A stretch of 64,000 bases of DNA from Blasia pusilla (Eukaryota): the NCBI GenBank assembly GCA_050084515.1, contig CM114271.1:15748001-15812000 (forward strand), in the 5' to 3' direction. Of this stretch, positions 12,833 to 24,700 are shown one piece after another (the first letter of the stretch is position 1; the number at the start of each line of letters is the position of its first letter). The notes beneath the pieces are model-generated. The model had not been told where the DNA came from and searched no databases. It worked only from the letters and a program-made list of their open reading frames with translations. Both the position numbers and the translations under genes were made by a program.

Positions 12833-15759
12833 CTCACAAGGTATTAAGAATTTGGGAAATATCTAAACTTTCATGGAAAAGAAAACTCTCCTTCATAGGA
12901 CTCTTTAAAAAAATATTTGAAATCTAAGTCATAGGGCTCCAGTGGTAAGCTTGTTGAATTTGGATTGTAGATGATAGGCCGGTAAGGGATGCATGTTTTT
13001 CTTTCATTGTCCTCTTAATATTACTCGATTGTAGGAAATCCCAAATTCAAGCTGAGGCTTTTGGATCACTTAACAAAGAGGATGCTACAAAGGACTTGGT
13101 AATTTGTGAAATTTGTTCTTCTACAATAGAAGGAGTGGAGGGAGGGAAAACATCCATCTTCCTTTAAAGCAACTCTCATTATTCAATCTTAGGGAAGAAT
13201 TGTCCCTACAATTGCAAAGAAGAGGAAATGCAAGTTTGATAAGTTAAAAAGTCCTTGTAGGGCATGTGGAGTGTAGTTGCACAAAAATAAAAAGTCCATC
13301 CCTAAGATGGACATGGACGGAAAAGTCTAGGGATGTCCATTAACATGGAGTGTAAGAGGTGTGGCCCACATTTATTGCTCATAGTGGGAGGAAGGACAAG
13401 GGCGTACAAGGTGTCATGTCTTTTAGGATAGATCCGCAAGATCTAGTAGAGCATCTTCGGAGATAGTGGAGGTCAGCCTCAAGAGGTCAAGGATGACCTA
13501 TTGAGGCCACGCGTACTGTGAGAGAGCAGGTTTCCCCTTCGTTTCGGCTCATTTGGAGCCATATAGAGAAACTTACTATTTTGGGTAAGTTTCCATTTAA
13601 AGTATAGTTGACTTTCCACTTTGGGAAGTGTCCCTTGACCCGCTACAGCAGGTCAAGAACCAAGGAGGTGACATGCGAGCATAGAGCTTGGGAGAGGGAA
13701 GGGGGTATACCTCAAGGAAAGAGAGCTTGAGAGCTCATTCTCTCTTTGTTGAACCTCTTGGCATGAGGCGGCGGAGCTATGGTCCCTTGCCTTGTGAGTG
13801 TAACCCAAGCCTCTCATTAGGAGAGTGAGTTTGGTTTGACATTGAGAGAGACATGTGAGAGTGCACACATTTGAGAGCTATGCTGTTGAGAGAGATTGGA
13901 TCCTATTTTACAAAGAGAGAATGAGCTCTCAAGCCCTCTCTCTTGGAGGTATACTCCCTTGATTTACAAAGAAGGATGAGTGAGTGAGAGAGCTTCATGG
14001 GAGAGCTCGCTGGTCACTTGATGTTTTTGCAGGTTGGGATCGTATTTCTTGTTCAGCGGTTCATGGGAGTGCTCATCGGAGCAAGAGCCGCTTACTTTTG
14101 ATGTTTCCTTTGCCGATTTTTCGTGTGGAAGAGACGCGCGGAAGCGCAGCCCAATTTTTTTTATAGGGATTGAGTATGGGGGCAGGTTTCCCCATGGTGG
14201 TGCTCTCGATAGCATCATATAGATTTCTGATTTGTATTTTCAGAGGTTTTACATTTTTGTTGGGAGAAATCAGCGCGGACGTGCTCCCAAATTTTGCGTA
14301 GGAAAAAAAGACATTAGGCTGCACGACAGTCCCGTCAATTTTTGGTGAAAAATAAAATGGAGAAACCAATTTGACAAGGTTGTAGATCAGGAAGTGGTGT
14401 AGGATGCTGAAAAAACAGTGCACAATTTGAAGATTGGAGCATAGAGTTATGATCATTTTTGTTGGGCTGCCATAGTCACCGTTCCAAGATATGAGTGAAA
14501 TTTCAAAAATTTTGGGTAGAAATTCTTTCTTGAGAGGTAGAAAAAAAAATCAGTTTATTGGGTGGATAGGACAATTGAATTCAGCTATTTGGAGGTAGGA
14601 TGAGTAGATCCCATTTTTGGGGGCTGTTGACCCTCAATCTTAGGAGGCATTTGTGATAAGGCATTCAATTTGTAGACCGGTCAGGAAGGAGGTTGCCAAG
14701 TAAGGAAAGATAGTGGGGATCCAATTTTCCCCAGGGGTTATTCTAGTTAAAAAAATTAAAATAAAAAAATTGGCGCGGGACAACTTCTGTCCTACCATGT
14801 CCTAGCCGACTGTCCCGGAGACGCGCAAACCGGCTGTGCACTTGCTACGCCGTTGTATGCTGTGTGGTCCGTCGACACTTCAAGGCCGCTACTTGGTTGT
14901 CGGACTTCCTAGTGCAGAAAAAATTCTGAGCCGCCGTGCAACTGTGCATTGCTCTGTCCGACCCTATGTTACTGCTACCTCTAGAGCCAAGCGTCTAAAT
15001 CTCTATCCCAGACTGCCGCGGCTATCTATGTTTGTGGCCGACCGTTCCGTCCGCTTTGTTATGCCGTGATTTGTAGCCGCTCAAGGACGATCGAGTACCG
15101 TGCCGTGACGTCTATAGCCACAACGTGCCTCCGCTTGTGCCCGCACCGCACCGTCTCGATCACCGAGCCGCACCATCACTAGAGAGCACAATGTGTATTG
15201 CTGTTGAGGAGGGTATACTACTGAGAGCTGCACCCTATTATCGAGTGCCGTGTTGTTTGTAGCCGTTCCGTGCCGCGAGTGCCACACCATACGGTTGGAC
15301 CCGCACCGCACATGGAGGAGATTTGAGTATCGTCAATACCAGAGGAGTACACAACTTGCTCCTTAGAGGAGTTGTCTTCACAACCGAGTTGAGGTCGAGG
15401 TTTTTCAATTGCTGAGGCGTAACATCGACACTTGTTGTCGGGTTACCCATTTAGGTCTTTTGCCTTGCATGTGTTAGGGATTTCCAGGTATTGGGCAATT
15501 ATTTGGGATGTTGGGTTTCGTGTTGATGTTAAGAGCATCATTGATGTATGGGTTAGGGGACATAGACCTATGTGGGATGTCTAGAGCTCAGGGTGTGTCT
15601 TATCGATGAGATGATAGGACAGTAGACGATTTGCTACACCACGCCGCTTGTTGCCGCACAACACACGTCTTAGTGAGAGAGTGTGGATTTAGTGTCGTCT
15701 GTTTAGTTGAGTGATTACTTGTGAGGTCGAGAGTAATCGTGTGAGGGGGGCACAAGGAT

Positions 15760-18700
15760 CATCACGGCGTCCTTTTGGGACTTTGAGCGGCGAGGTGGTG
15801 GACCTGAGAGTAGCTCTAGAGGGTTGATCCGGATTGGTGCAAGGTTTTGAGAGTCTCCATGTGAGAGACCACCTCGATCTCTTTCTGTGTCGTCTTCAAA
15901 CAAGGGGGAGAGTATAGAGGAGTGTGCTAATGATCCACCTTATACATTGAGTGGTCCTAAGAGTTGGGCGTACGAGATGGACGACCGAGATAGAGGACCT
16001 GGTAGGTTTTTGGATGCTATAGGCACTACAGAGCTACACGACTTCATCGTGGAGTTTAGGAGTTGGTATGACTCACAACGGGCTAGGAACTCCAGAGAGT
16101 TCAACCGGCTTACAGCATGGAACGGAATGTTCTAGCACTTAGAGGGAGCACCCATGGACGATTACCATAAGTTCTTGCAGAGATATACCCATGAGATTGA
16201 GGCCTGGAGACTCTACTATGACCCACACTATGTGTCATGGACTGAGACGTTTCCCGATGAGGAGGAGGAGTCAAGAGAGGCTTCTTCCTCTTTCGTGAGT
16301 GATGTGGTAGGAGGGATGACTCGCACTAGAGCAGTTGCACCGTCTAGTCAGGTCCGTCCCAAGTTCAACCCCGTGGTTGAGTTCTTTGCGGAGTTGAGGA
16401 CGGGCTACCAAGGGTACGGACGGAGAAGTTGCGGAGCATCCACGACTTCCAGAGGCACCCAGGTGAGAGTTTGCATAAGGCCTATACCCGCTTGCACAGG
16501 TTGATTAATGTCACTTAGGAGGCGATAGAGGCTCAGACTATCCAGTCATGATACGCGATGCTAGACTAGACCCTGCGGACACGGGTGAGGGAGGGGGTGC
16601 TTCTTATGAACACCTCCCCTATGTTGAGAGGTGTTTTAGGACCGCCAAGAACATTGAGCGGAACATGGCGGAGGAGACCGTAGCCACCATGGGTTTAAGG
16701 CTAGAGCAATCACGATTGCCTGCACCACGAGTGCATCAACGTGGATTCCGAGATAGGTATGAGGCACCACAAGCTTAGGGAGGATATCGGGAGACCCTGC
16801 CATAGAGACGTGCTCCTTCATATGCGGCTCAGCAGCAGCCCCCTATGATTATTTGTTGGTCATGTGGTGAAGCCCATCATCAACGCGATTGCACTCGTCA
16901 GGGTCATGGACGCGTGCCTCTCCACGGAGGAGGAGATGATGCTACACCAAGAGGTTATCAGTGTGACTATTGTCAAAGGTACACTTACACATGCGTTAGG
17001 TGTTTCAGATTGCACCTTGATTTTCGTCCGGACCGAGAGCCAGAGAGCACACTAGAGCGAGTTGCAGGTCCGGGTGGGCCTAGAGGTGGTGCATCAGAAG
17101 GCCCCGTTGGGTGACGAGGAGTTGGATTCGCCCAAGGGGGTGGTGGAGTTTCCCGTGGAGGAGGTAGAGTCCCACCACCTAGACACGTCGAGGGAAACGC
17201 CGGACGTGAGGCTTGGATAGCTGCTCAGATACAGCAACTACAATAGTAGATTGCAACTATGGCATTGAGGTTACCCGATGCCGGATCCGTGGCATCGACG
17301 TCTTATGGAGCTACCAGAGATATGGAGGATCTTGGTTGGATGTGGGGGGTTGCCCAAATATAATTCATCATAGTTGTTACACGTGGAGCAGTCGTAGAGT
17401 TGGATCCACACCAAGGAGGAGCCAGGAAATAGATCAGGCTTTCTCAATCCTTCACGTTGTCTGAGGCGATGAGAACCCCATCGATGGGTCCTGATCAGAG
17501 TTCCCAGAGAGTGGGTGATGTTGTTGGTGTGCAAGCACGAAGGGCGATGGGAGAAGCAAGTGCGACGACTCCTATTGTTGATGCTAAGGAGGAGCATGTG
17601 TCGAGCACGTTGTTGGGGGCGGCCATTGTTGTGTACCGCGCTCCTTTATTTTCTGCTTCCGATGTTATGACTTTGGGAGGTACGTCCGCTGAGGTTTTTT
17701 GGCTGGCCGCTATGCTTTGTGAGCGTGGAGTTGGAGTTCTTGCATCACGTTTAGAGGTGATTGCAGAGGAGGTGATGGATCTGCCCTTGGAGCTGATGTT
17801 TGGGCCATCCACGTCAGATTCATGGTAGGCTGCAGCTGCTAGGATGGCGGAGATGCCCACTAGACCCGCGATAGAGCGTGCCATGGCTTCTCCTGGTGTT
17901 GTTTTGCTGGATAACTGGGGGAGGAGGTCTTCCATATGGTGAGTCCATGAGGTAGAGCTTTTAGTCCGCAGCGCGTCTTGTTGGATTCAGGAGCACAATC
18001 CCTGATGTTGGGGAAAGCGACATCAAGAGGTTTGGGCCTGATAAGAGGCAATGTGGAGCGTTGTCCATTCCAGATACAAACATCCTTGGGTGGACTGAGT
18101 ACCACACAGTATATTACCCGACAGGAGATTGTGGTGAGGATTCGCCTAGGACATCCTATAGATGAGTCCGTGGTGCGAGCGAAGGCGATAGTGATTGATG
18201 GAGAGTCCTACGACGTCTTGGTTGGTAGAGCTGTGTTGTACCCAATGGAGTTTTCCCTGGATTATTGGGAGGAGTCAGCGTCCTACAGAAAAGGATGGCA
18301 TTCAAGTGATGGGCAACTTAGCTCATTACCCGATTGATTCCCAAGTGCACTGATCGAGCACCGGCCAGGAGAGATGGCGACCTTAGTAGCATTTAGCAAC
18401 GCCATCACTTGGCCTAGTGATTTGATTGAGGGACACGTCCATGTAGAGGACACTCCTGTTCCTGAAATTTCTATGGAGAGGAGTGTCATGGTAGCCCCAT
18501 CAGTCCATGGAGGAGATATGCCGCTTTGGGGCTCGATTGAGGAGTTTCGACACTTAGCCATTGACCATGTGGAGACCGCATGGAGGGAGACGTTTACACC
18601 AGAGCGTGACGGGTCAGAGGAACCCAAGGTAGCCGAGAGTGCTATGATGACCCCTTTGGACACCACCCCAATTGTATGGTGCATCCTAGAGGAGGATATT

Positions 18701-21700
18701 CGGGTGTTGAATCTCTTTGGAGGGATCATCACTGGGTTAGCTATTTTTTTGCAGGCAGAAGTACGCGTGCAGCAGTACCTATATGTGGAGATTGATGATG
18801 TTGCGAGGCACACTTCACTTCACCATGTGGCACAGTTATGCCTCCGTTTTCCCAACTTGTTGTCTGCGCCCCCTGTCCAGGGATACTAGAGTTTCCTACC
18901 GAGGGATATTTTATTGTGGGGGGCGCAGTACTTGGAGCGGGTAGAAACCATAGACTTGGTCATTGCTGATTGGCCATGTCAAGGCCACTCGAATGCTAGA
19001 TGGAGTAGCAGATTAGTTGACTCGCGGTCCTTGTTGTTATGGGGGATGATGCGGATCTTGCGATATTCATAGGAGCATTAGTCTCGTTCTCCAGCATACA
19101 TTCTAGAGAATGTGTCGCTTTTGGGCGATTCGAGGTCCCGCGTGGTGACGAGTGCACATCAGGTGCGTGCATGGATAGGCCCGGAAGTGTTGTTGGATGC
19201 GGCAAGTATAGGTTCACGAGCACATTGCCCGCGTCTTTGGTGGACCAACTTGGTGCCACATGAGGTTTTGCGAAGGGCGCATGCGAGAGTGGAGCGTCCC
19301 TTCCATTTGTTGGTGGATTCTATTGTGGATGCACATCGTCGATCACACACAGTGAGGTACGATGATCAACCGCCATTGGCTATGGTCAATAGGATTGGCA
19401 TGCCGCGAGCAGACTTTCCCACATTGGTGAGTTTTCCCGCTTCCTATGCATTCAAGAAGGCCGCGCCAGGCTTGGTTTGGGATGACTAGGTGCAGCGGTT
19501 GGTAGAACCCAACACTGATAAGGGAGAGCGAGTGATGGGATTCCCCACAGGAGTGACGGCAATATCATCACTATCAGAGGCATCACAACGTCATGTCTTT
19601 GGTCACGCAATGGACCTGAACTTCTTGACATGGATTTTCAGCTTAGGAGTAGTTGAGAAATGTCGTTTGAGGTTGCAACAGATTACAGCTGTTGCGTTTG
19701 TGAGCCCCATGCCTACCAAGATGGTTGAGGAAGTGGCTAGGGATGAGACGCGAGGAGATCGACACACCAAGGATGATTGGGAGAGACACCCTTGGACTTC
19801 TTGGGATTTTTTGCAGGTAGGCCAGGAGATGGTAGCCACAACATTGAGCGTGGTTCCGAGTACTGCATATAAAGATGAGATTTTGCAGTTAGCTGCAGGA
19901 GAGCAGTCGAGTTCTGTTTCCCGAGACAGGGTTGCACCATAGCAGCCACCTATACCCGCGCCCGAGAGTCCTACCTTAGTCACAATGGAGACTTGGGAGC
20001 GAGACATGGGCTCTAAGTTGACAGGAGGAGAGCGGCGCCAAATACATCAATTCCTAAGGAGTTATAGGAGTTGTTTTTCATTTAGCATGCAAGAATGGGG
20101 TAAGCTGAAGGGTCTAGGGATCCGCATTGAGTTGTCGAGTGACACGCTGATCTTCCGACGATCCTACAGGTACAACGACATGGAGAAGGCTCTGATTCAG
20201 AGTAGGAGCCAAGACTTGGTTGGAGCAAGACTAGTGGAGATGTCGCATGGAGAGTATGCATCTGCCACTGTCATGCCCGCCAAGAAGGATGTGCATGGAA
20301 ACTGGACAGATAGGCGGATGTGTGGAGATTACAGACCTATTAATCGGTAGACAAAGTCCGATAGGTATGCCATGCTCACCCCTTAGGAGATCTTTGATGC
20401 CATTGGGTATGCAAAGGTCTTCAATTCATTGGATTTGCGAGCCAGATACCATCAGCTTCTTATTAGATTGGAGGACATGCAGAAGAGGGTATTTTGGGGC
20501 ATCGATTCTCATGAGAAGGATTATTTGTACCAATGACGGTTCTTACCATTCAGGTTAAAGAACATCCTGGTTGAGTTTCAGAGGGTTATGGATAGGATCT
20601 TGGCAGGTTTGGATTTTGCTAGGTGTTATATTGATGACATCGTAGTCTTTAGCGCCACGGTTCAGGAGCATGAGCGACATCTAGAGGAGGTGTTCCGATG
20701 ATTGCAGTGACATGGGCTAAAGCTACATTCAAGAAAGTGCAAATTCTTCTACAACCAGATTGAGAACTTGGGTCATACGATATACCTAGAGGGCCTTGGG
20801 TGCAGGAGACAAAGGTAGAGGCTATTTCACGCATTCCACGCCCTACAGATGTGAGTATAGTTCGTGCATTCATGGGATTGGCGAACTTCTATAGACGGTG
20901 CGTCAAGGATTTCAGTTTGATTTCGAAGCCGCTAACCTTGTTGACCAAGGTGGATCAAGAGTGGCACTGGGGGGATGAGGAGGAGAGAGCATTTCAGCTG
21001 CTCAAGGATAAATTGACGTCCGCGCCCATATTGAAGAGACCGATCAGGGGGGATCCTTTCTAGTTGCATATTTATTGGAGCATGTAGGGCTTGGAGTTGT
21101 GCTCCTCCAAGATGATGATGATGGTAGAGAGCTCGTGGTGGAGTCACTTGAACAACGCTGTAGAGGCAAAGTATGGCTCGTATGAGGGTGAGTGCTTGGC
21201 TGCCATGTGGGCTGTCGTACATTTAAGGTGTTATTTATTCGGAGTCCCCTTGACCATCATTACTGATCATCAGCCATTTAAGTGGTTGATGGAGTCCGAC
21301 AAGCTTACAGGGAAGCTTGCGAGGTGGGCTCTTTTATTGCAAGAGTATAACTTCCAGGTGGTGCAAGACCTGGGATGCTCAACCAGGATCTAGATGGTTT
21401 GAGCCGTAAGCCATGCCTGAGTGAGCGAGATGCAAGGGTTTAGGGTTGATGAGGAGTTGGCATGGTGAGAGTGATGAGGATTTGGTGCTAGGATGGCACG
21501 CGTCAACCTATTTGGGTTTGTTGGCTATGGAGAGCCAAATTTCTGAGACTTCGATGGCGAGGTCTAATGGAGAGTCCTTAGATCCAGAGGCCAGTGAGGA
21601 AACGACAAGTGGCCGAGATATTCATGACGATGGAGTGGTCTTGGAGTACCTGCGTACTGGTATGCGTCGCAAGCACAATGGGTGCTAGACAACGGGATCG

Positions 21701-22320
21701 GATCCTAAAGCAAGCGAGACGGTTCCGGTGGGAGAGGACACATGTGTTGCGAGTTTGGGAGGATGGTAGAGTGCGTGTAGTGCCTCATCCTTTGTAGAGA
21801 GCACATTTGATGTGTCATGCCCTCGAGGAGTTGGGTCATTTTGGAGTGAAGCGGATATACAACCTGCTCCAAATACATTATTAGTGATGAGGCATGCAAA
21901 CTAACGTTCAGCAGTTTGTTGCCACGTGCATGGTGTAATCGGGTCCGAGCATCGTTCAATGCTCGACTCCACAGTTGCATCCACTTCCAATCATGGGTTT
22001 AGGTTATAGATGGAGTTTGGATTTTGCAGGACCTTTGCCTTTGATAGAGTGCCATAGTTGTTAAGTGTTGGTGATGGTCGAGCACTTCTCGAAGTGATAG
22101 AGTTCGTTGCATTGCGTGACAAAGCAAGTGAGGGAGTAGCGTATGCCTTTCTAGATTGACAGTTAAGTCATTACGGCACATCAACTCGACTGACCAATGT
22201 ACAGAGTTTCGCGGGGAGTTTCAGGCCTTGTGTGATCAGACACTAATTGACCACCGCATCACTTGGACAGATTGACGACCGTACCACTTGGACAGATTTG
22301 GCGAGATCATCCTAATTCTG
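15760..22320 (+). pseudogene. gag-pol polyprotein of copy B (multiple stops and frameshifts; integrase C-terminus/PHD deleted)
   Basis: ORF fragments from 15887 to ~22260 reconstruct the Gypsy domain order with an extra methyltransferase. Homology to copy C breaks after the DHRTT..DHP motif (~22260-22310). Confidence 0.9.
18698..19650 (+). pseudogene. DNMT3-like C5 cytosine DNA methyltransferase domain inside the retrotransposon pol (copy B)
   Basis: In-frame motifs, reading through stops: I IRVLNLFGGI; II YVEID; IV IDLVIADWPCQGHS (PCQ at 18974-18982); VI YILENV; VIII LDAASIGSRAHCPRLWWTN; IX-X ERVMGFPTGVT...RHVFGHAMD. Confidence 0.9.
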
Positions 22321-22633
22321 ACTTGTGTCTATGACATGGATGACAAGAAGGCGACTAACGATGGGGCCACATGAGCACCCAAACTTTCTGCTCTTAGCGT
22401 CCGAGAGATGTATGTCATGGTAGGTAGGGATAGATGGCTATCTGGAGTTAGAGGGACCTAACCACCAGCTAGGGGGCCGATTGGAGATATTTTGGTACTT
22501 CTCGTCTCGTTGTTTGGATGCCATGAGTTAGCATGGGATCGTGCGTATTTATGTGTATGTTTGGTGACAACGATGTATATTGTATTGCGATGTGTATGCG
22601 CACGATAATGATTTTTAGTTCAACTTAAGTGGG

Positions 22634-23231
22634 AAGGGTGGGAATTGGATTCTTCCTAATCGAGAAGTTTTATCCCATGGAATAAAACTTCTCGATTAGG
22701 AAGAATCCAATTCCCACCCTTATAACTTATAAGCAGGAAAAGCATAACTTATGCTATGTGAAATTAAGGAATATCGTGATCTTATAGCGGGTACTTATAT
22801 GGTCAAGCTTTGGCACCATGCACCTTGCCCATGCATCTCAAGAGAAAAATTAGGAAGAAGAAATTTTTGGTATTGTGAAGGGTCTTTAGATCAGGGGCGA
22901 CGAACAATCTACTCCATAAATCATAAATTTCTCGGAAGGCTTAACTTAAGGATTCTTCCTAATTCTTCTCGATTAGGAAGAATCCAATTGCTTATAAGTT
23001 ATAAGATCACGATATTCCTTAATTTCACATAGCATAACTTATGCTATGTGAAATTAAGGAATATCGTGATCTTATAGCGGGTACTTGTATGGTCAAGCTT
23101 TGGCACCATGCACCTTGCCCATGCATCTCAAGAGAAAAATTAGGAAGAAGAAATTTTTGGTATTGTGAAGGGTCTTTAGATCAGGGGCGACGAACAATCT
23201 ATTCCATAAATCATAAATTTCTCGGAAGGCT
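22634..23231. repeat. Palindrome/duplication cluster
   Basis: An 88-bp near-perfect palindrome (22634-22721), a perfect 38-bp-arm palindrome (23000-23076) and a ~200-bp direct duplication (22741-22941 / 23031-23231). The duplication explains the twin MLCEIKEY ORFs. Confidence 0.9.
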
Positions 23232-24224
23232 TATCATTTTCATTTTCCAAATATTATGCACAACAACACAACGATGATAAATCTATCTTTGAAGATTTTA
23301 CCTCTAATCTTGGCTGCTCACACACACCAAGTTCTAGTGGAGCGCAGTAGCTTCGGATTGGATCAATAATTTTTCTTGATATGTCAGCTCGACTTTTAGG
23401 TGGAAGAGAGATCAAATTCTTTCTGCCTATAAAGTATAGAAGATAGAAGCACAACGTTGAATAAATAGAAAGGTAAAGATGTTTCTCATAGATCAAGGAT
23501 TTGAATTCCCAAACGAGGAGCTTAGCTCATAGTTCAAAGCATAAGGTGTGCGCAATGTATATATACATAACTAACTCTTCATTTTCTCATGATATTGTTT
23601 GCATAGTGGGAGGGAAGATTCATTCTATCTTTTAAGGAGTTCTCACACTGAGTCCTTGAAGATGCAAAGCTCAACCATAGATATTAGGCTTATAGTGCAA
23701 AGCATGTTATGTAGATCTAAATTGAAGAAGTTTACATATCCATAATTAATCAAGAGGTAAAACTCCCCATGAAGCATTCTTAAAATCTTAAGAATGAAGC
23801 CTAATCTAGCTTTTTCCTCTCTATTCGGATGTCTAATATGATTTTATATTCCAAAAGTAAAAAAAGGAATATTTTGTTGGCTACCTTGGAACCTTTTTCT
23901 GTACAAAAATTTCCTCCCTAAGAGCCAAAGTATTACAGCTAGTAAGGATGTGATCTTCCTCTGAAATAAGAATTAGAGTAACTTAGCAACTCCAATTTCA
24001 TAATTAACTATCATCATGGAACCAAATAGTGTTGTGAAGTAAAATTATCCACTATGTATATTGCACTTCTAGTAGTGTTAGAAGGAGTCTTATAAGTATT
24101 AAGTATATTAGCTTAGAAAAATAAAATTTCATGTTTAAACCTCTTTAGGATGCCTCATTTTTTTTGCCCAATTTTAAGAGAAGAAGTAATAAAGGAGACA
24201 TAAGAAATATAAAAGTTAAATAGT

Positions 24225-24700
24225 ATATTAGTGTTTTAATGAAAACAAAGCCAAAGTAGTCTTAATTTGTGAAGAAATCAAGACTATGATAGTTGGGATA
24301 GTTGGGTTGATTTGAAGTCCTGAGTCCTAACATGATGGGATAATCCACTCTAATTGGAAGAGCAAACAAGTCTAATGCCATCCACTCAAGAGTGGCAAGA
24401 GAAACTTAAAAAATGAAATACAAAATGATGAACCTTTGAAGGTCCACCCTCTTTATTTACTCATAAGAGATCCACAAGAATACAAAATAAGGCTAATCTT
24501 ATCTTATGCCACATGACTTCTTCTCAAGGCTTGGCTAATCCCATTTTGACACAAGTAAATTACTTTTTATCTCCTCCTAAAATATCTTCATAAACCCATT
24601 TCATATCCTCCCAACTTTCCCAACCACCATAGTCTTGATTTCTTCACAATCCAAGACTATACATATACTATAGTCTTGGTTTCATTTAAAGACCAATCTA
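24225..24700. repeat. Degenerate inverted repeat / MITE-like fold-back
   Basis: tgtgaagaaatcaagactatgatagttggg (~24268) is the reverse complement of cccaaccaccatagtcttgatttcttcaca (~24620). Confidence 0.55.

Larger units (their letters stand above)
13412..22607 (+). mobile_element. Ty3/Gypsy retrotransposon copy B encoding gag-PR-DNMT-RT-RNaseH-INT, degenerate
   Basis: Starts TGTCA and ends CACGATA. Motifs in order: gag knuckle CWSCGEAHHQRDC (~16850), protease LLDSGAQSLM (~17980), C5-MTase motifs (18698-19650), RT MCGDYRPINR and YIDD (~20630), RNase H (EAKYGSYEGECLA), integrase GHFG / WSLDFAGPL. A purine tract AGCTAGGGGG lies at 22467-22476. Confidence 0.95.

Noticed and set aside
18698-19650. 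Bacterial restriction-modification methyltransferase or contamination
   Set aside because: The domain is in frame inside a Gypsy pol, appears in two diverged copies, and lies in a window with a spliced plant gene. No restriction enzyme or operon context is present.
22634-23076. CRISPR-like array
   Set aside because: There is no regular repeat-spacer periodicity; these are palindromes and duplications in a eukaryotic context.
22751-23277. Tandem duplicated small genes (MLCEIKEY...)
   Set aside because: They are a by-product of a local DNA duplication, and the ORFs diverge where the duplication ends.
23300-24000. Possible LINE reverse-transcriptase remnant on the minus strand
   Set aside because: Only vague similarity, too decayed to support.
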